Source: Oscillospiraceae bacterium (lineage in GTDB: Bacteria > Bacillota > Clostridia > Oscillospirales > Oscillospiraceae). From it: DNA of 64,000 bases. The notes under the pieces are model-generated. The model was not told the DNA's origin. It ran no database searches and worked only from the letters and a program-made list of their open reading frames with translations. This document shows, piece after piece, positions 51,997 to 61,389 of the stretch (positions within the stretch are counted from its first letter, which is position 1; each line of letters begins with the position of its first letter). The stretch is taken from the NCBI GenBank assembly GCA_017458085.1, contig JAFTGE010000012.1:176-64175 (forward strand), in the 5' to 3' direction. A program made the translations under genes and the position numbers.

Positions 51997-52959
51997 GTGG
52001 CAAAATATAAGGTTGTAATCACCGACGAATGGAGCGAAAGCTACGATATTGAACGGGAGGTCCTGCGCCGGGTAGACGCAGAGCTTGTCGTCTGCCGGAC
52101 CCGCAGCGAGGATGAGGTCATCGCTGCCTGCCGGGATGCCGACGGCCTTCTGGTGCCGCTGACGGATATCAATGCGCAGGTCGTCGCGGGGCTGGAAAGG
52201 TGCCGCGTTGTCAGCCGCTATGGTGTCGGCTATGACAATGTCGATGTGGACGCCTGCACAAAGCGGGGTATCTGGGTCTCCAATGTGCCCGGTTACTGCG
52301 CTGACGATGTGGCCGAGCACGCGCTGGCTCTGCTGTTTTCCTGCCTGCGGAAGACGGCGCTGCGTGACCGACTGATCCGACAGGGAAGCTGGAACCTTTC
52401 GGCTGCGGGCAGCTTCCGCCTGGCCGGGAAGACCGTCGGCCTTATCGGAGGCGGCGGGATCGCCCGTGCCCTGATGAAGAAAATGGGCGGCTTTGATGTA
52501 AGGCTGCTGGTCTATTCGCCCCATGTGCCGCAGGAGATGCTTGACGAATATGGCGCGCGGAAGGTTTCCTTGGAGGAACTGTTGAGGGAGTCGGATGTGG
52601 TAAGCCTGCATGTGCCTGCCAACGACAAAAACCGCGGCATCATAAACGCCGAGACGCTTGCCCTGATGAAGCCCGGCGCCATTCTGATCAACACGGCTCG
52701 CGGCGCGCTGGTGGACGATGCGGCGCTGATTGCGGCGTTGCAAAGCGGAACGATTGCCTTCGCGGGCCTGGATACCCATAACTTTGAGCCGCTGCCGAAG
52801 GACTCGCCCTATTTCGGGCTGGACAATGTGGTGCTCACTGACCACACCGCCTATAACACGCCCGAGGCCGTAAAGGAGCTCAAGCGGCGCGCAGCGGAGA
52901 ATGTTGCGGCGGTGCTTGAGGGAAAGGCCCCCAACACCCCGGTCAACCATATCGAATAA
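51997..52959 (+). CDS. D-isomer-specific 2-hydroxyacid dehydrogenase (CtBP/PGDH-like)
   Basis: 320 aa; GTG start after GGAAAGGTGAGGGAG; NAD motif GLIGGGGIA; ...NTARGALVDD... Confidence 0.85.
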   Translation: MAKYKVVITDEWSESYDIEREVLRRVDAELVVCRTRSEDEVIAACRDADGLLVPLTDINAQVVAGLERCRVVSRYGVGYDNVDVDACTKRGIWVSNVPGYCADDVAEHALALLFSCLRKTALRDRLIRQGSWNLSAAGSFRLAGKTVGLIGGGGIARALMKKMGGFDVRLLVYSPHVPQEMLDEYGARKVSLEELLRESDVVSLHVPANDKNRGIINAETLALMKPGAILINTARGALVDDAALIAALQSGTIAFAGLDTHNFEPLPKDSPYFGLDNVVLTDHTAYNTPEAVKELKRRAAENVAAVLEGKAPNTPVNHIE

Positions 52960-53048
52960 ATAAGGCTGCCTCAAAGCACCCGAAAGATGGTCAAGCATCG
53001 CAGGGGAGGCCCTTGCCCCGCCCGCACGGGAAAATAACAATAAATGTA

Positions 53049-53086
53049 CAAATCCGAGGCAGAATCACGAATCCGCCTCGGATTTG
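53049..53086 (+). terminator. terminator after the dehydrogenase gene
   Basis: 12-bp arms CAAATCCGAGGC / GCCTCGGATTTG, 14-nt loop, T-rich tail. Confidence 0.6.
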
Positions 53087-53189
53087 TTCGTTGAATTTGG
53101 GGTGGCTGCTGCCGGGAGAGGCAAGGGTCTCCCCTACACCGTCGACGGAGTATTTGCGTTTTCAGGGCAGTCCCTTTTTATGAAATGGA

Positions 53190-53217
53190 TTGACTTTTTT
53201 GATCGGTTGTTTATAAT
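53190..53217 (+). promoter_or_regulatory. putative promoter of the 2-oxoacid dehydrogenase operon
   Basis: TTGACT (53190-53195), 16-nt spacer, TATAAT (53212-53217); TATAATCATAA recurs at 53231-53241. Confidence 0.55.
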
Positions 53218-53266
53218 CATAAGTAGAAGATATAATCATAAATGCTGTTTCAAGGAGGAATCGGAC

Positions 53267-54226
53267 ATGAGTCTGAGAGACGATCCTAAGCTGGCGGCGT
53301 CGATGTACGCTTCTATGTACCGCATCCGCCGGTTTGAGGAGGAAGTGTTTGAGTTCTATAAGCGCGGCCTGATGCCGGGCCTGGCCCATCTGTATATCGG
53401 GGAGGAGGCCGTGGCCGTGGGTGCCTGCGCCGCCATCCGCGCTGACGACTATGTGGGCAGCACCCACCGCGGCCACGGACACCTGCTGGCCCGCGGCGCG
53501 GACAGCCGCCGCATGATGGCCGAAATTCTCGGCAAGGAGACCGGCTACTGCCGGGGCAAGGGCGGCTCTATGCACATCATGGACATGAATCTCGGCATTC
53601 TCGGCGCCAACGGCATTGTCGGCGGCGGCATTCCCATCGCCACCGGCGCGGGCTACAGCTGCAAATACCGCGGCACCGATCAGGTGGTGCTCTGCTTCTT
53701 TGGTGACGGCGCCGCCAACGAGGGCACCTTCCACGAGAGCATCAACATGGCCGCGGCCTGGGATCTGCCGGTGGTGTATATCATCGAGAATAACCACTAC
53801 GGCATCACCGTCAGTGTTGACCGCGTGACCAAGGAGCACGACCTGGCAAAGCGCGCCCTCGGCTACGGCATCGACGGCTACACCGTCGACGGCAACGACG
53901 TTGAGACCGTGTACGACACGGTGGCCAAGGCGGTGGCCAAGGCCAGAGCGGGCGGCGGGCCGAGCATTGTCGAGTGCAAGACCTACCGTCAGCACGGGCA
54001 CAACGGCGGCGACAACGGCGCCTACCGCCCGGAAGGGGAGCTCGATGCCTGGAAGCAGCGCGACCCGCTCAAGCTTTTCCGTGAGGCCGGGTATCTGCCG
54101 GAGGAGAAGCTGCGCGAGATCGAGGAGTCTGTGGAGGCTGAGATCCGTGATGCCTGCCGCTTTGCCGAGGAAAGCCCCTATCCCGACGCAAGCGAGCTGA
54201 TGCAGGGCATCTTCTATGAAGGCTGA
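53267..54226 (+). CDS. TPP-dependent 2-oxoacid (acetoin/pyruvate-type) dehydrogenase E1 alpha subunit
   Basis: Track ORF 53084-54226; ATG 53267 after AAGGAGGAA; ...GKGGSMH..., TPP motif GDGAANEG...ENN. Confidence 0.9.
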   Translation: MSLRDDPKLAASMYASMYRIRRFEEEVFEFYKRGLMPGLAHLYIGEEAVAVGACAAIRADDYVGSTHRGHGHLLARGADSRRMMAEILGKETGYCRGKGGSMHIMDMNLGILGANGIVGGGIPIATGAGYSCKYRGTDQVVLCFFGDGAANEGTFHESINMAAAWDLPVVYIIENNHYGITVSVDRVTKEHDLAKRALGYGIDGYTVDGNDVETVYDTVAKAVAKARAGGGPSIVECKTYRQHGHNGGDNGAYRPEGELDAWKQRDPLKLFREAGYLPEEKLREIEESVEAEIRDACRFAEESPYPDASELMQGIFYEG

Positions 54227-54239
54227 GGAGGGCAGAAAC

Positions 54240-55220
54240 ATGCGTAAAATTTATTACCGCGACGCCATCCGCGAGGCATTGGACGAGGAGATGGCGAGAG
54301 ACCCCATGGTCATGCTCATCGGCGAGGATGTCGGACCTAACGGCGGCACCTGGAAGGAAAACCGCGGTCTGTGGGAAAAGTACGGCGACCTGCGGCTCAA
54401 GGACTCGCCCATCAGTGAATCGGGCTTTGTGGGTATGTGCGTCGGCATGGCGCTGACGGGCATGCGTCCCATCGCCAAGGTGATGTTCTCGGACTTCTTG
54501 CTGGTGGCCATGGATCAGATCGCCAACCAGATGGCGAAGATCACCTACATGTCCGGCGGGCAGAAGCCGGTGCCCATGGTGCTGCGGACTACCATCGGCC
54601 TTGGCCGCGCCAGCGCCGCCCAGCATTCCCAGAATCTGACCGCGCTGCTGGCCCATTTCCCGGGGATGAAGATCGCCATTCCCTCCGACGCCTATACAGC
54701 CAAGGGATTGTTAAAAACGGCCATCCGCGATAACGACCCCGTGGTCGTCATTGAACACCGGATGCAGTATGGCAAGGAATACGACATGCCCGACGACGCC
54801 GACGAGAATCTCCTGCTGCCCCTGGGCAAGGCCGCCGTGGTGCACCCGGGCGAGGACGTGACCGTGGTCACCTGCTCCTACATGGTGGAAAAGTGCGTGG
54901 CCGCCGCGAAGAAGCTCGACGGGGAGGGCATTCACGCCGAGGTCATCGACCTGCGCTCCATCAAGCCCCTGGACAAGGAGACCATCATCCGCTCGGTAAA
55001 AAAGACCGGCAGACTGCTCCTGGTGGATGAGGGCTATACCAGCTTCGGCATCACGGGGGAGATCGGCTTTAGCATCATGCCCGATGTGTTCTACGATCTG
55101 GAAGCGCCCATGCAGCGGCTGTGCGCGCCGGACGTGCCGGTGCCCTTCAGCCCCGTGCTGGAAAAGCTCATCATCCCCAATGAAACCACCATCGCCGAGG
55201 CGATCCGGAAGATGCTGTAA
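54240..55220 (+). CDS. 2-oxoacid dehydrogenase E1 beta subunit
   Basis: Track ORF 54216-55220; ATG 54240 after GAGGAGGG; transketolase-like pyrimidine and C-terminal domains. Confidence 0.9.
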   Translation: MRKIYYRDAIREALDEEMARDPMVMLIGEDVGPNGGTWKENRGLWEKYGDLRLKDSPISESGFVGMCVGMALTGMRPIAKVMFSDFLLVAMDQIANQMAKITYMSGGQKPVPMVLRTTIGLGRASAAQHSQNLTALLAHFPGMKIAIPSDAYTAKGLLKTAIRDNDPVVVIEHRMQYGKEYDMPDDADENLLLPLGKAAVVHPGEDVTVVTCSYMVEKCVAAAKKLDGEGIHAEVIDLRSIKPLDKETIIRSVKKTGRLLLVDEGYTSFGITGEIGFSIMPDVFYDLEAPMQRLCAPDVPVPFSPVLEKLIIPNETTIAEAIRKML

Positions 55221-55232
55221 GGAGAGAGCGCT

Positions 55233-56522
55233 ATGGGAAAAGTTATCATCATGCCGAAGCTCGGTTATACCCAGGAGGAGGGACGGCTCGTCAAATGGCA
55301 CAAGGCCGTGGGCGACACCCTGACCAAGGGGGAGCCGTTCTTTGACGTACATACCGATAAGAGCGTCATCACCGTCGACGCAACCGAGGACGGCACGGTT
55401 TTAAAGCTCGTGGCGGAGGAGGATACCCTCATGCCCGTGTTCACGCCGGTGGCCGTGGTGGGTCAGGCGGGGGAGGACCCGGACGCTCTTTTGAAGGCCC
55501 ATGTCATGGATGTGGCCCCCGACGCCGAGGTGCGCGGGGACAGCGCGGCGCCTGCCTCGGCTTCGACTGCTCCGGCGGCCAAACCCGCCGAGAAGCTGCG
55601 CCTGACCCCCAAGGCCCGCAAGCTGGTGGCTGACGAGGGCTATGACCTCGCCTCCATCGCGCAGATTCCGGGCACCGGCTTTGAAGGCGGCATCACCGCG
55701 AAGGATATCAAGGCGTCGCCCCTTGCGCGCAAGATCGCAGCCGCCGCGGGCACACCGCTCCCTGCTGCCGGAGCGGGCCGGGTGATGGCGCAGGATGTGG
55801 CGGCGGCCGCCGCCGACGGAGACAAGCGCGTGGCCTCCGTGATCCCCTACGCGGGCGTGCGCCGCATCATTGGCGAGCGCCTGGCCGAGAGCAAATTTAC
55901 CGCGCCCCATCTGTATTTTACGGAGTCTGTAGATACGACCAATCTGACGGCCCTGCGCGCCCAGATCAATGCCGGCGGCGATGTGAAGATCTCCGTCTCC
56001 GACCTGCTGATCATGGCTGCGGCCAAGGCTTTGCAAAAGTACCCGGAGGTCAATGTCTCCCTCCAGGGGGATCAGATCCTCTGCTATGAGAGCATCAATG
56101 TCGGCGTCGCCGTGGCCGGGGACAACGGCCTGGTGGTGCCGGTGGTGAAGAATGTGCAGGACAAGACCATCACCATGGTCGCCCGCGAGAGCCGGGATCT
56201 CATTGTCCGCGCGCAGAAGGGCCGCCTGCGGCCCGAGGAGTATAACGGCGGCACCTTCTCCATCTCGAACCTCGGCATGTTCGGCATCGAAAATTTCACC
56301 GCCATCATCAATCCCCCGGAGTCCGCGATCCTCGCGGTCAGCTCCGTGCGCAAGACCCCCGTTGTAATACCCGATGAAAACGGCCTTGACACCCTTGCTA
56401 TCCGCCCCATGATGCACATCAATCTGACCGTTGACCACCGGGTGATCGACGGCCTGCTTGCCGCCCGCTTCGTGGGCTGCCTCAAGGAACTGCTGGAAAA
56501 CCCCGTGCGGCTGCTGCTGTGA
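55233..56522 (+). CDS. dihydrolipoamide acyltransferase E2 (lipoyl domain, subunit-binding domain, catalytic domain)
   Basis: 429 aa; lipoyl-Lys context VHTDKSV, PSBD ...LTPKARKLVADEGYDL..., catalytic DHRVIDG. Confidence 0.9.
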   Translation: MGKVIIMPKLGYTQEEGRLVKWHKAVGDTLTKGEPFFDVHTDKSVITVDATEDGTVLKLVAEEDTLMPVFTPVAVVGQAGEDPDALLKAHVMDVAPDAEVRGDSAAPASASTAPAAKPAEKLRLTPKARKLVADEGYDLASIAQIPGTGFEGGITAKDIKASPLARKIAAAAGTPLPAAGAGRVMAQDVAAAAADGDKRVASVIPYAGVRRIIGERLAESKFTAPHLYFTESVDTTNLTALRAQINAGGDVKISVSDLLIMAAAKALQKYPEVNVSLQGDQILCYESINVGVAVAGDNGLVVPVVKNVQDKTITMVARESRDLIVRAQKGRLRPEEYNGGTFSISNLGMFGIENFTAIINPPESAILAVSSVRKTPVVIPDENGLDTLAIRPMMHINLTVDHRVIDGLLAARFVGCLKELLENPVRLLL

Positions 56523-56532
56523 GGATTTTGTC

Positions 56533-57918
56533 ATGAGCTACGATTTTGACGTGATCGTCGTGGGCGGAGGCCCCGGCGGTTATGTGGCCGCCATCCGCCT
56601 GGCCCAGCTGGGCAGGCGCGTGTGCCTGGTCGAGAGGGAAAAGCTCGGCGGTACTTGCCTGAACGTGGGCTGTATCCCGGCCAAGACCTATGTAAAAAGC
56701 GCCTCGCTGCTTTCTGAGCTCCGCAGGGCGGAGCGCTTCGGCATCCGCTGCGAGGGCGCGGCCGCGGCTGAGATCGATATGCAGAGCCTTGCCGCCCGGC
56801 GTGAGGGCGTTACCAAACAGCTGGTGTCCGGCGTACAGGGGCTTCTGCGGGCAAACGGCGTGAGCGTGCGCACGGGCAAGGCCCGCTTTTATGACCGGCA
56901 CACCCTGAGTCTCGACGGCGAGAAGCTCACAGCGGCGGCCTTCGTGCTGGCTACCGGCTCGGAAAACCGCCTCCCCGCGTCCATCACCGTGGAAGAGGGA
57001 ACAGAAATCCTCGATAACGCAGGCTTCTTCGCGCTTGACCGTGTGCCGGAATCGCTCGCGATCCTCGGCGGCGGCGTGGTCGGGATGGAGTTTGCCTATG
57101 TGATGAGCAGCTTCGGCTGCAAGGTCTCCGTTGTGGAGATGGCCGACCGTGTGCTGCCGCTGTCGGACCGGGAGCTGGCCGATTTAGCGAAAAAGCGCCT
57201 GGAAAAGGCGGGGGTCCGCTTTTATTTAAACGCGGCTATCACCGGTCTGTCGCCCTGCTGTGTCCGCTTTACACAAAACGGGGAGCAAAAGGAGCTGCAC
57301 GCGGAGAAGCTTTTGAGCGCCCTGGGCCGCAAGCCCCGGATCGAGGGGCTGGGCCTGGAGGAGATCGGGCTGGAAATCCGCGACGGCGCTGTCTGCTGTG
57401 ACGATACGCTGCGCACAAATCTGCCGCACATCTTCGCCGTGGGCGACGTCAACGGTAAAATGATGCTGGCCGGAACAGCTTCTCACGAGGGGATCGTGGC
57501 GGCGGAAAATCTCTGCGGCGCGTGCCGGTCGGTGGACTATGCATCCATCCCCGTCTGCGCCTATATGGAGCCGGAGATCGCCGGTGTGGGCTTGACCGAG
57601 GAGGAAGCCCGCGCCCGATTCGGCGACGAGATCCGTGTCGGCCGCTTCCCGCTGCTGGCCAGCGGCCGCGCCCTGACCGAAGGGGAAACCGAGGGCCTGT
57701 TCAAGCTTATCACGGATGCGCGCTACGGCGAGATTTTGGGCGTCCACCTCTATGGCAGCCACGCGACCGAGATGATCGGAGAGCTGGCGCTGGCCATCCA
57801 GATGGAGGCCACGGTGGACGAGCTGCTGCATCTGGTGCATCCCCACCCCACGCTCAGCGAGGCGGTGGGGGAAGCTGCCATGGCAGCCAAAACCGGCAGA
57901 GCGATCCATGCCCTGTAA
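56533..57918 (+). CDS. lpdA: dihydrolipoyl dehydrogenase E3
   Basis: Track ORF 56458-57918; ATG 56533; GGGPGGY FAD motif, redox CLNVGCIP, C-terminal HPHPTLSE. Confidence 0.92.
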   Translation: MSYDFDVIVVGGGPGGYVAAIRLAQLGRRVCLVEREKLGGTCLNVGCIPAKTYVKSASLLSELRRAERFGIRCEGAAAAEIDMQSLAARREGVTKQLVSGVQGLLRANGVSVRTGKARFYDRHTLSLDGEKLTAAAFVLATGSENRLPASITVEEGTEILDNAGFFALDRVPESLAILGGGVVGMEFAYVMSSFGCKVSVVEMADRVLPLSDRELADLAKKRLEKAGVRFYLNAAITGLSPCCVRFTQNGEQKELHAEKLLSALGRKPRIEGLGLEEIGLEIRDGAVCCDDTLRTNLPHIFAVGDVNGKMMLAGTASHEGIVAAENLCGACRSVDYASIPVCAYMEPEIAGVGLTEEEARARFGDEIRVGRFPLLASGRALTEGETEGLFKLITDARYGEILGVHLYGSHATEMIGELALAIQMEATVDELLHLVHPHPTLSEAVGEAAMAAKTGRAIHAL

Positions 57919-58097
57919 TACTATTTTTCAATAAAAAGTAGACACTTTTTATTGAAAAGGCGCCGCTCGATGCGTCGCCCATCTGCGCGAAAGCGCAGAT
58001 GACGTCTGCTCTGCATAAGTGTGGCTTAGCGAAATCAAAGATTTCGAGCCTCACTTATCATACAGTTTCCGACGCGCTTGCGCGCTATGAAAAGTAG
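57918..58097. repeat. 180-bp structured intergenic repeat, copy B
   Basis: 175/180 identical to 10940-11119 by manual alignment; begins at the last base of the lpdA stop codon. Confidence 0.9.
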
Positions 58098-58113
58098 TAT
58101 GACAAGGGAAAAC

Positions 58114-58146
58114 AAAAACGGAGTGAGTTTTGCTCACTCCGTTTTT
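58114..58146. terminator. bidirectional intrinsic terminator
   Basis: AAAAACGGAGTGAG / CTCACTCCGTTTTT, loop TTTTG; between convergent lpdA and the DUF1292 gene. Confidence 0.85.
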
Positions 58147-58155
58147 TGCAATGAT

Positions 58156-58446
58156 TCAGAAATCTTTTCGGCGGGCTTGTTCCTCGGTCCTTTGCAGCAT
58201 GTCGGACAGATACACGTTAAAAACCGATTCGATCACCGACTGTTCGGTCACGATGGAAAGGGCAGCGCGGCCATCCTCACAGGGACGGATCTCAAAAACC
58301 AGGGCCTGGTTTTCCCCCATGCCGGCGGGCCTTTCCAACGGGGAAAGCACGGCGTACTCCCGGCCCTCCAGCCGGACAGCGGCTACGCGCTCAAAGCGCA
58401 TTTCCTGCCCGTCGGCGCTATACAGTGTCAGAATATCCTCGCTCAC
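58156..58446 (-). CDS. DUF1292 (UPF0473) family protein
   Basis: 96 aa; ...DGQEMRFERVAAVRLEGREYAVLSP...ALVFEI... pattern of DUF1292; GTG start after GGGAGGTGG, overlapping the RpiR stop (GTGA). Confidence 0.75.
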   Translation of the reverse strand: MSEDILTLYSADGQEMRFERVAAVRLEGREYAVLSPLERPAGMGENQALVFEIRPCEDGRAALSIVTEQSVIESVFNVYLSDMLQRTEEQARRKDF

Positions 58447-59318
58447 GGTTCCACCTCCCGCCGGTTGGACACGTTCGTATGCTGCATGATGCTGATGAAG
58501 TGCTCATGGTCGGTGTTGATGAGCGCGGTAAAGAGGATGTCGATGAGGTTGAGGGTGGAGATCCGGCTGGACATGCCGCCCAGACGATCCCATGATTCGC
58601 TGGACTGTACAAAGAGATTATATGTGCACTGCTGTATCAGTCGGTTATCCGACAAGGAGGTCAGCGACACCGTTGTGACACCCGCGCGCTTGAGTGTGGC
58701 GGCAGCCTCAATGACGTCCTCGGTTTCGCCGGTGTAGGAGATCATAAAGGCAAGCGCGTCGTGAGGCGTTGCCAGGGCGTTGATCAGCATGGTCAGACGA
58801 TCGCCGTAGGCTGTGGAGGGAATGCCGAGACGCATGCATTTGAGCTGTGCGTCCTCGGCCACCACGTTGGAGGGGCCGATGCCGTAAAAGTCAATGCGGC
58901 TGGCATGCGTCATCAGAGCGATCACGTCGGAGATGACGTCAGGATGGTTGAGATTACTGGTGTCGATGATGGATTTCGCGTTCTGGTCGGAGACCTTGCG
59001 GATGATACCGGTGACGGTGTCATAGCGGTCGACGGGAGCCTGGGCGCCCTCGATGATGTTGATGCGGGCGTAGTTGGCGATCTCCGCGGACAGCTTGAGA
59101 CGGAAATCTGTATAGCTGTCGATCCCGAGCTTGCGGCACAGACGCTTGACGGTGGTCGTGGAGGTGAAGGTCTTTTCGCCCAGCTCCACGATGCCCATGT
59201 TGGACACCTCCTGCAGATTGGAAAAGATAAAATCCACAATATGCCGCTCTGAGGGCGAGAGATCCTTGATCTGCCGCATCCGGTTCAGCAGGCCGGTATC
59301 ATGTTCATAGCTTATCAT
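58443..59318 (-). CDS. MurR/RpiR-family transcriptional regulator (HTH_6 + SIS)
   Basis: 291 aa; N-terminal HTH ...SERHIVDFIFSNLQEV..., SIS region ...IDFYGIGPSNVVAED... Confidence 0.9.
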   Translation of the reverse strand: MISYEHDTGLLNRMRQIKDLSPSERHIVDFIFSNLQEVSNMGIVELGEKTFTSTTTVKRLCRKLGIDSYTDFRLKLSAEIANYARINIIEGAQAPVDRYDTVTGIIRKVSDQNAKSIIDTSNLNHPDVISDVIALMTHASRIDFYGIGPSNVVAEDAQLKCMRLGIPSTAYGDRLTMLINALATPHDALAFMISYTGETEDVIEAAATLKRAGVTTVSLTSLSDNRLIQQCTYNLFVQSSESWDRLGGMSSRISTLNLIDILFTALINTDHEHFISIMQHTNVSNRREVEP

Positions 59319-59327
59319 GGGGTCCTC

Positions 59328-60056
59328 CTATTTGGTCTCCAGAATGGCGGGGTTGTCCCTTGCCTCGGCGATGACGGAAGCATACAGCGTGTCCTTCAGA
59401 TTCTTTTCCGCCCGGTTGAGATAGGTGCGCATCAGGTCCTCATCGCCCTTGAACCAGGCCAGCTTTGCCACACGATACTGGCAAATGCCGCGCATGACGT
59501 CGTTTTTGGTATGCTCGGCCCGGCCAATCAGCTTCTTGATCAGGGCCGTATCGTGGTCGATGTATACGCCGATAATGGTGTCAGCCTCCCGGGCAATATC
59601 GGCATAGGGCTCCGTCTCAAGCAAACGGCCCTTGGCCAGAAATGCTATCAGCGCGTCACGCAGACGCCGGGCGTTTTCCCCATCGCCGCTCTCGGCATAA
59701 AAGGAGATGCCCTTCTGATAATATTCCAGCCGGTCGTTGGGTTCCAGACGCATGGCGGAAAGCGCGTCCAGCGTTTCGCGGGCAAGTGCGTCGTCCCCCA
59801 TGGCCATGGCTGCGTCAAGCCGCCACAGGGTCAGGATGGGCTTTCGGAACACCGTGGCAAGACGCCGATTGTTATCCAGCCGTTCCAATGCCTGTGCGGG
59901 ATTGACGGCCAGCAGCCGCTGCATTTCAGCCGCCGCGTGCTCCCGCAGAGAGACCTGCACCCGCAGCAGCAGATATACCAGCGCCGCCGATACCAGCATC
60001 AGCGGAATCAGGAACGGGTGGGCGGCGAGATATGCGCCCAGCTCACGAACGATCAT
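59328..60056 (-). CDS. hypothetical membrane-anchored all-helical (TPR-like) protein
   Basis: 242 aa; one N-terminal TM (FLIPLMLVSAALVYLLL), remainder helical-repeat-like; no family recognised. Confidence 0.55.
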   Translation of the reverse strand: MIVRELGAYLAAHPFLIPLMLVSAALVYLLLRVQVSLREHAAAEMQRLLAVNPAQALERLDNNRRLATVFRKPILTLWRLDAAMAMGDDALARETLDALSAMRLEPNDRLEYYQKGISFYAESGDGENARRLRDALIAFLAKGRLLETEPYADIAREADTIIGVYIDHDTALIKKLIGRAEHTKNDVMRGICQYRVAKLAWFKGDEDLMRTYLNRAEKNLKDTLYASVIAEARDNPAILETK

Positions 60057-60060
60057 GAGA

Positions 60061-60453
60061 TCATTCCGCCAGCGGCGGGAAGCGCAGCAGCGTGCCCTGG
60101 GTGGTCTCTATGGCCATGTCCGCCAGCTCCGCGGCGCTCAGCTCCGTGTTGAAGGAAATCTCAGAATAGGCGGAGGTGTTGATACCCGCCACACAGCACC
60201 AGTCCGGATGCTCCAGACAAATGGCCGCAGCCTCCCGGAAGGGGGAGCCGCCCGCTACGTCGCAGCTGAAAAGAACCTGCGCATCGCCGACCGCGGCCAT
60301 GGCCTCGGCCAGCTTCCGGCGCAGAATCTCCAAATCGTCCTGCTCGTTAAAATCCACGTAGAGAAAGTCCTCAAGCTCGCCCACCAGCATGGCCAGATTG
60401 CGCTGCATTCCGCTGGCATAGCCGCCGTGACCCAATACGATAACTTTTGTCAT
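60061..60453 (-). CDS. PTS EIIA component, mannose/fructose/sorbose family
   Basis: 130 aa; MTKVIVLGHGGYASG with the phospho-His context of EIIA-Man; GGAGGA SD. Confidence 0.85.
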   Translation of the reverse strand: MTKVIVLGHGGYASGMQRNLAMLVGELEDFLYVDFNEQDDLEILRRKLAEAMAAVGDAQVLFSCDVAGGSPFREAAAICLEHPDWCCVAGINTSAYSEISFNTELSAAELADMAIETTQGTLLRFPPLAE

Positions 60454-60556
60454 GATATCCTCCGATCCGCCGCAGCAGCGGCAACAGATGTCAGGTGAGT
60501 ATTAGTATACCACATACGCCGTAAAACAGCGATTTTTTTTCAGAACAAAGAAATTA

Positions 60557-60583
60557 CCCTCCGCCGCATGAGGCAGCGGAGGG
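60557..60583 (-). terminator. terminator after the SIS gene
   Basis: CCCTCCGCCGC / GCAGCGGAGGG (one mismatch), loop ATGAG; T-rich tract follows on the minus strand. Confidence 0.55.
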
Positions 60584-60597
60584 CTGGGAAAATGCGC

Positions 60598-61359
60598 TTA
60601 CATGTTGGAGTTGGCGAAAACCAGACGGCGGTAATCCGCGTAGACCTCGTGCATGTACTCCTTGGGGACCTCGACCACATTGGGGGAGACGAAGATAAAC
60701 ATCTTGTGACCCTTCTTTTCCAGACGCAGCGCTGTCTCAGAGGCGATCGCCTGGGAGATGGTAATCACCGCGACGGTGGAGGAGGCGCCGACCTTCTGAT
60801 AGTAGCCGGGAATGGGAACAAGAGCATCCTCCAGAGGGCAGCAGTTGTCGATCATGACGTCGGCCAGATCGCCCAGCTTTTTGCCGGAGGAATGGGTGGC
60901 CGTAGCCTTGCGGTAGTTCTCGCCGCTGGTAACGGCGATGACCTTCAGCCCGCGCTCCTTGGCGTACATGGCCGCCTCAATGGGGGCCGCATTCAGTCCG
61001 CCGTGGGAATAGACGATCATTACTTCGCCTTCCTGGAAGTTGTAGCTCTGCAGGAAGTTGGCAATGTAACCCTCCTGCCGCTCAATCCAGAGAAGCTCTC
61101 TGGCGCCGCCGGGACCGATGACATTGTTCCACATCAGCCGCGGGTCCATGCAGGGATGCCAGCCCACTACGCCGCCGTAGCGGGGGAACACGTCCTGGAC
61201 GGGCAGAACGGAATGACCGCTGCCAAACAGATGGACGAGCTTGCCGGAGGCGATCGCCTCGGCGCACAGGTCGGCGGCTGCGCGGATATTCTCAGTCTGC
61301 TCGCGGTCGATCTTCTCGATCACGTCGGTAATTCTGCTGAGATACTCAAGTTGAGCCAT
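60598..61359 (-). CDS. SIS-domain protein (UPF0309-like sugar-phosphate isomerase/deglycase-type)
   Basis: 253 aa; ...KLVHLFGSGHS..., ...VMIVYSHGGLNAAPIE... SIS pattern. Confidence 0.75.
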   Translation of the reverse strand: MAQLEYLSRITDVIEKIDREQTENIRAAADLCAEAIASGKLVHLFGSGHSVLPVQDVFPRYGGVVGWHPCMDPRLMWNNVIGPGGARELLWIERQEGYIANFLQSYNFQEGEVMIVYSHGGLNAAPIEAAMYAKERGLKVIAVTSGENYRKATATHSSGKKLGDLADVMIDNCCPLEDALVPIPGYYQKVGASSTVAVITISQAIASETALRLEKKGHKMFIFVSPNVVEVPKEYMHEVYADYRRLVFANSNM

Positions 61360-61389
61360 GAAATGGATTCCTCCTAATACAGTATGTAA

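Noticed and set aside
10940-58097. The two same-orientation 180-bp repeats might delimit a 47-kb mobile island or composite transposon
   Set aside because: The interval carries core housekeeping genes (recA, cysS, rimO, pgsA, prmC, pepT) and no integrase, transposase or conjugation genes. Composition is uniform with the flanks. The repeats are better explained as dispersed small elements.
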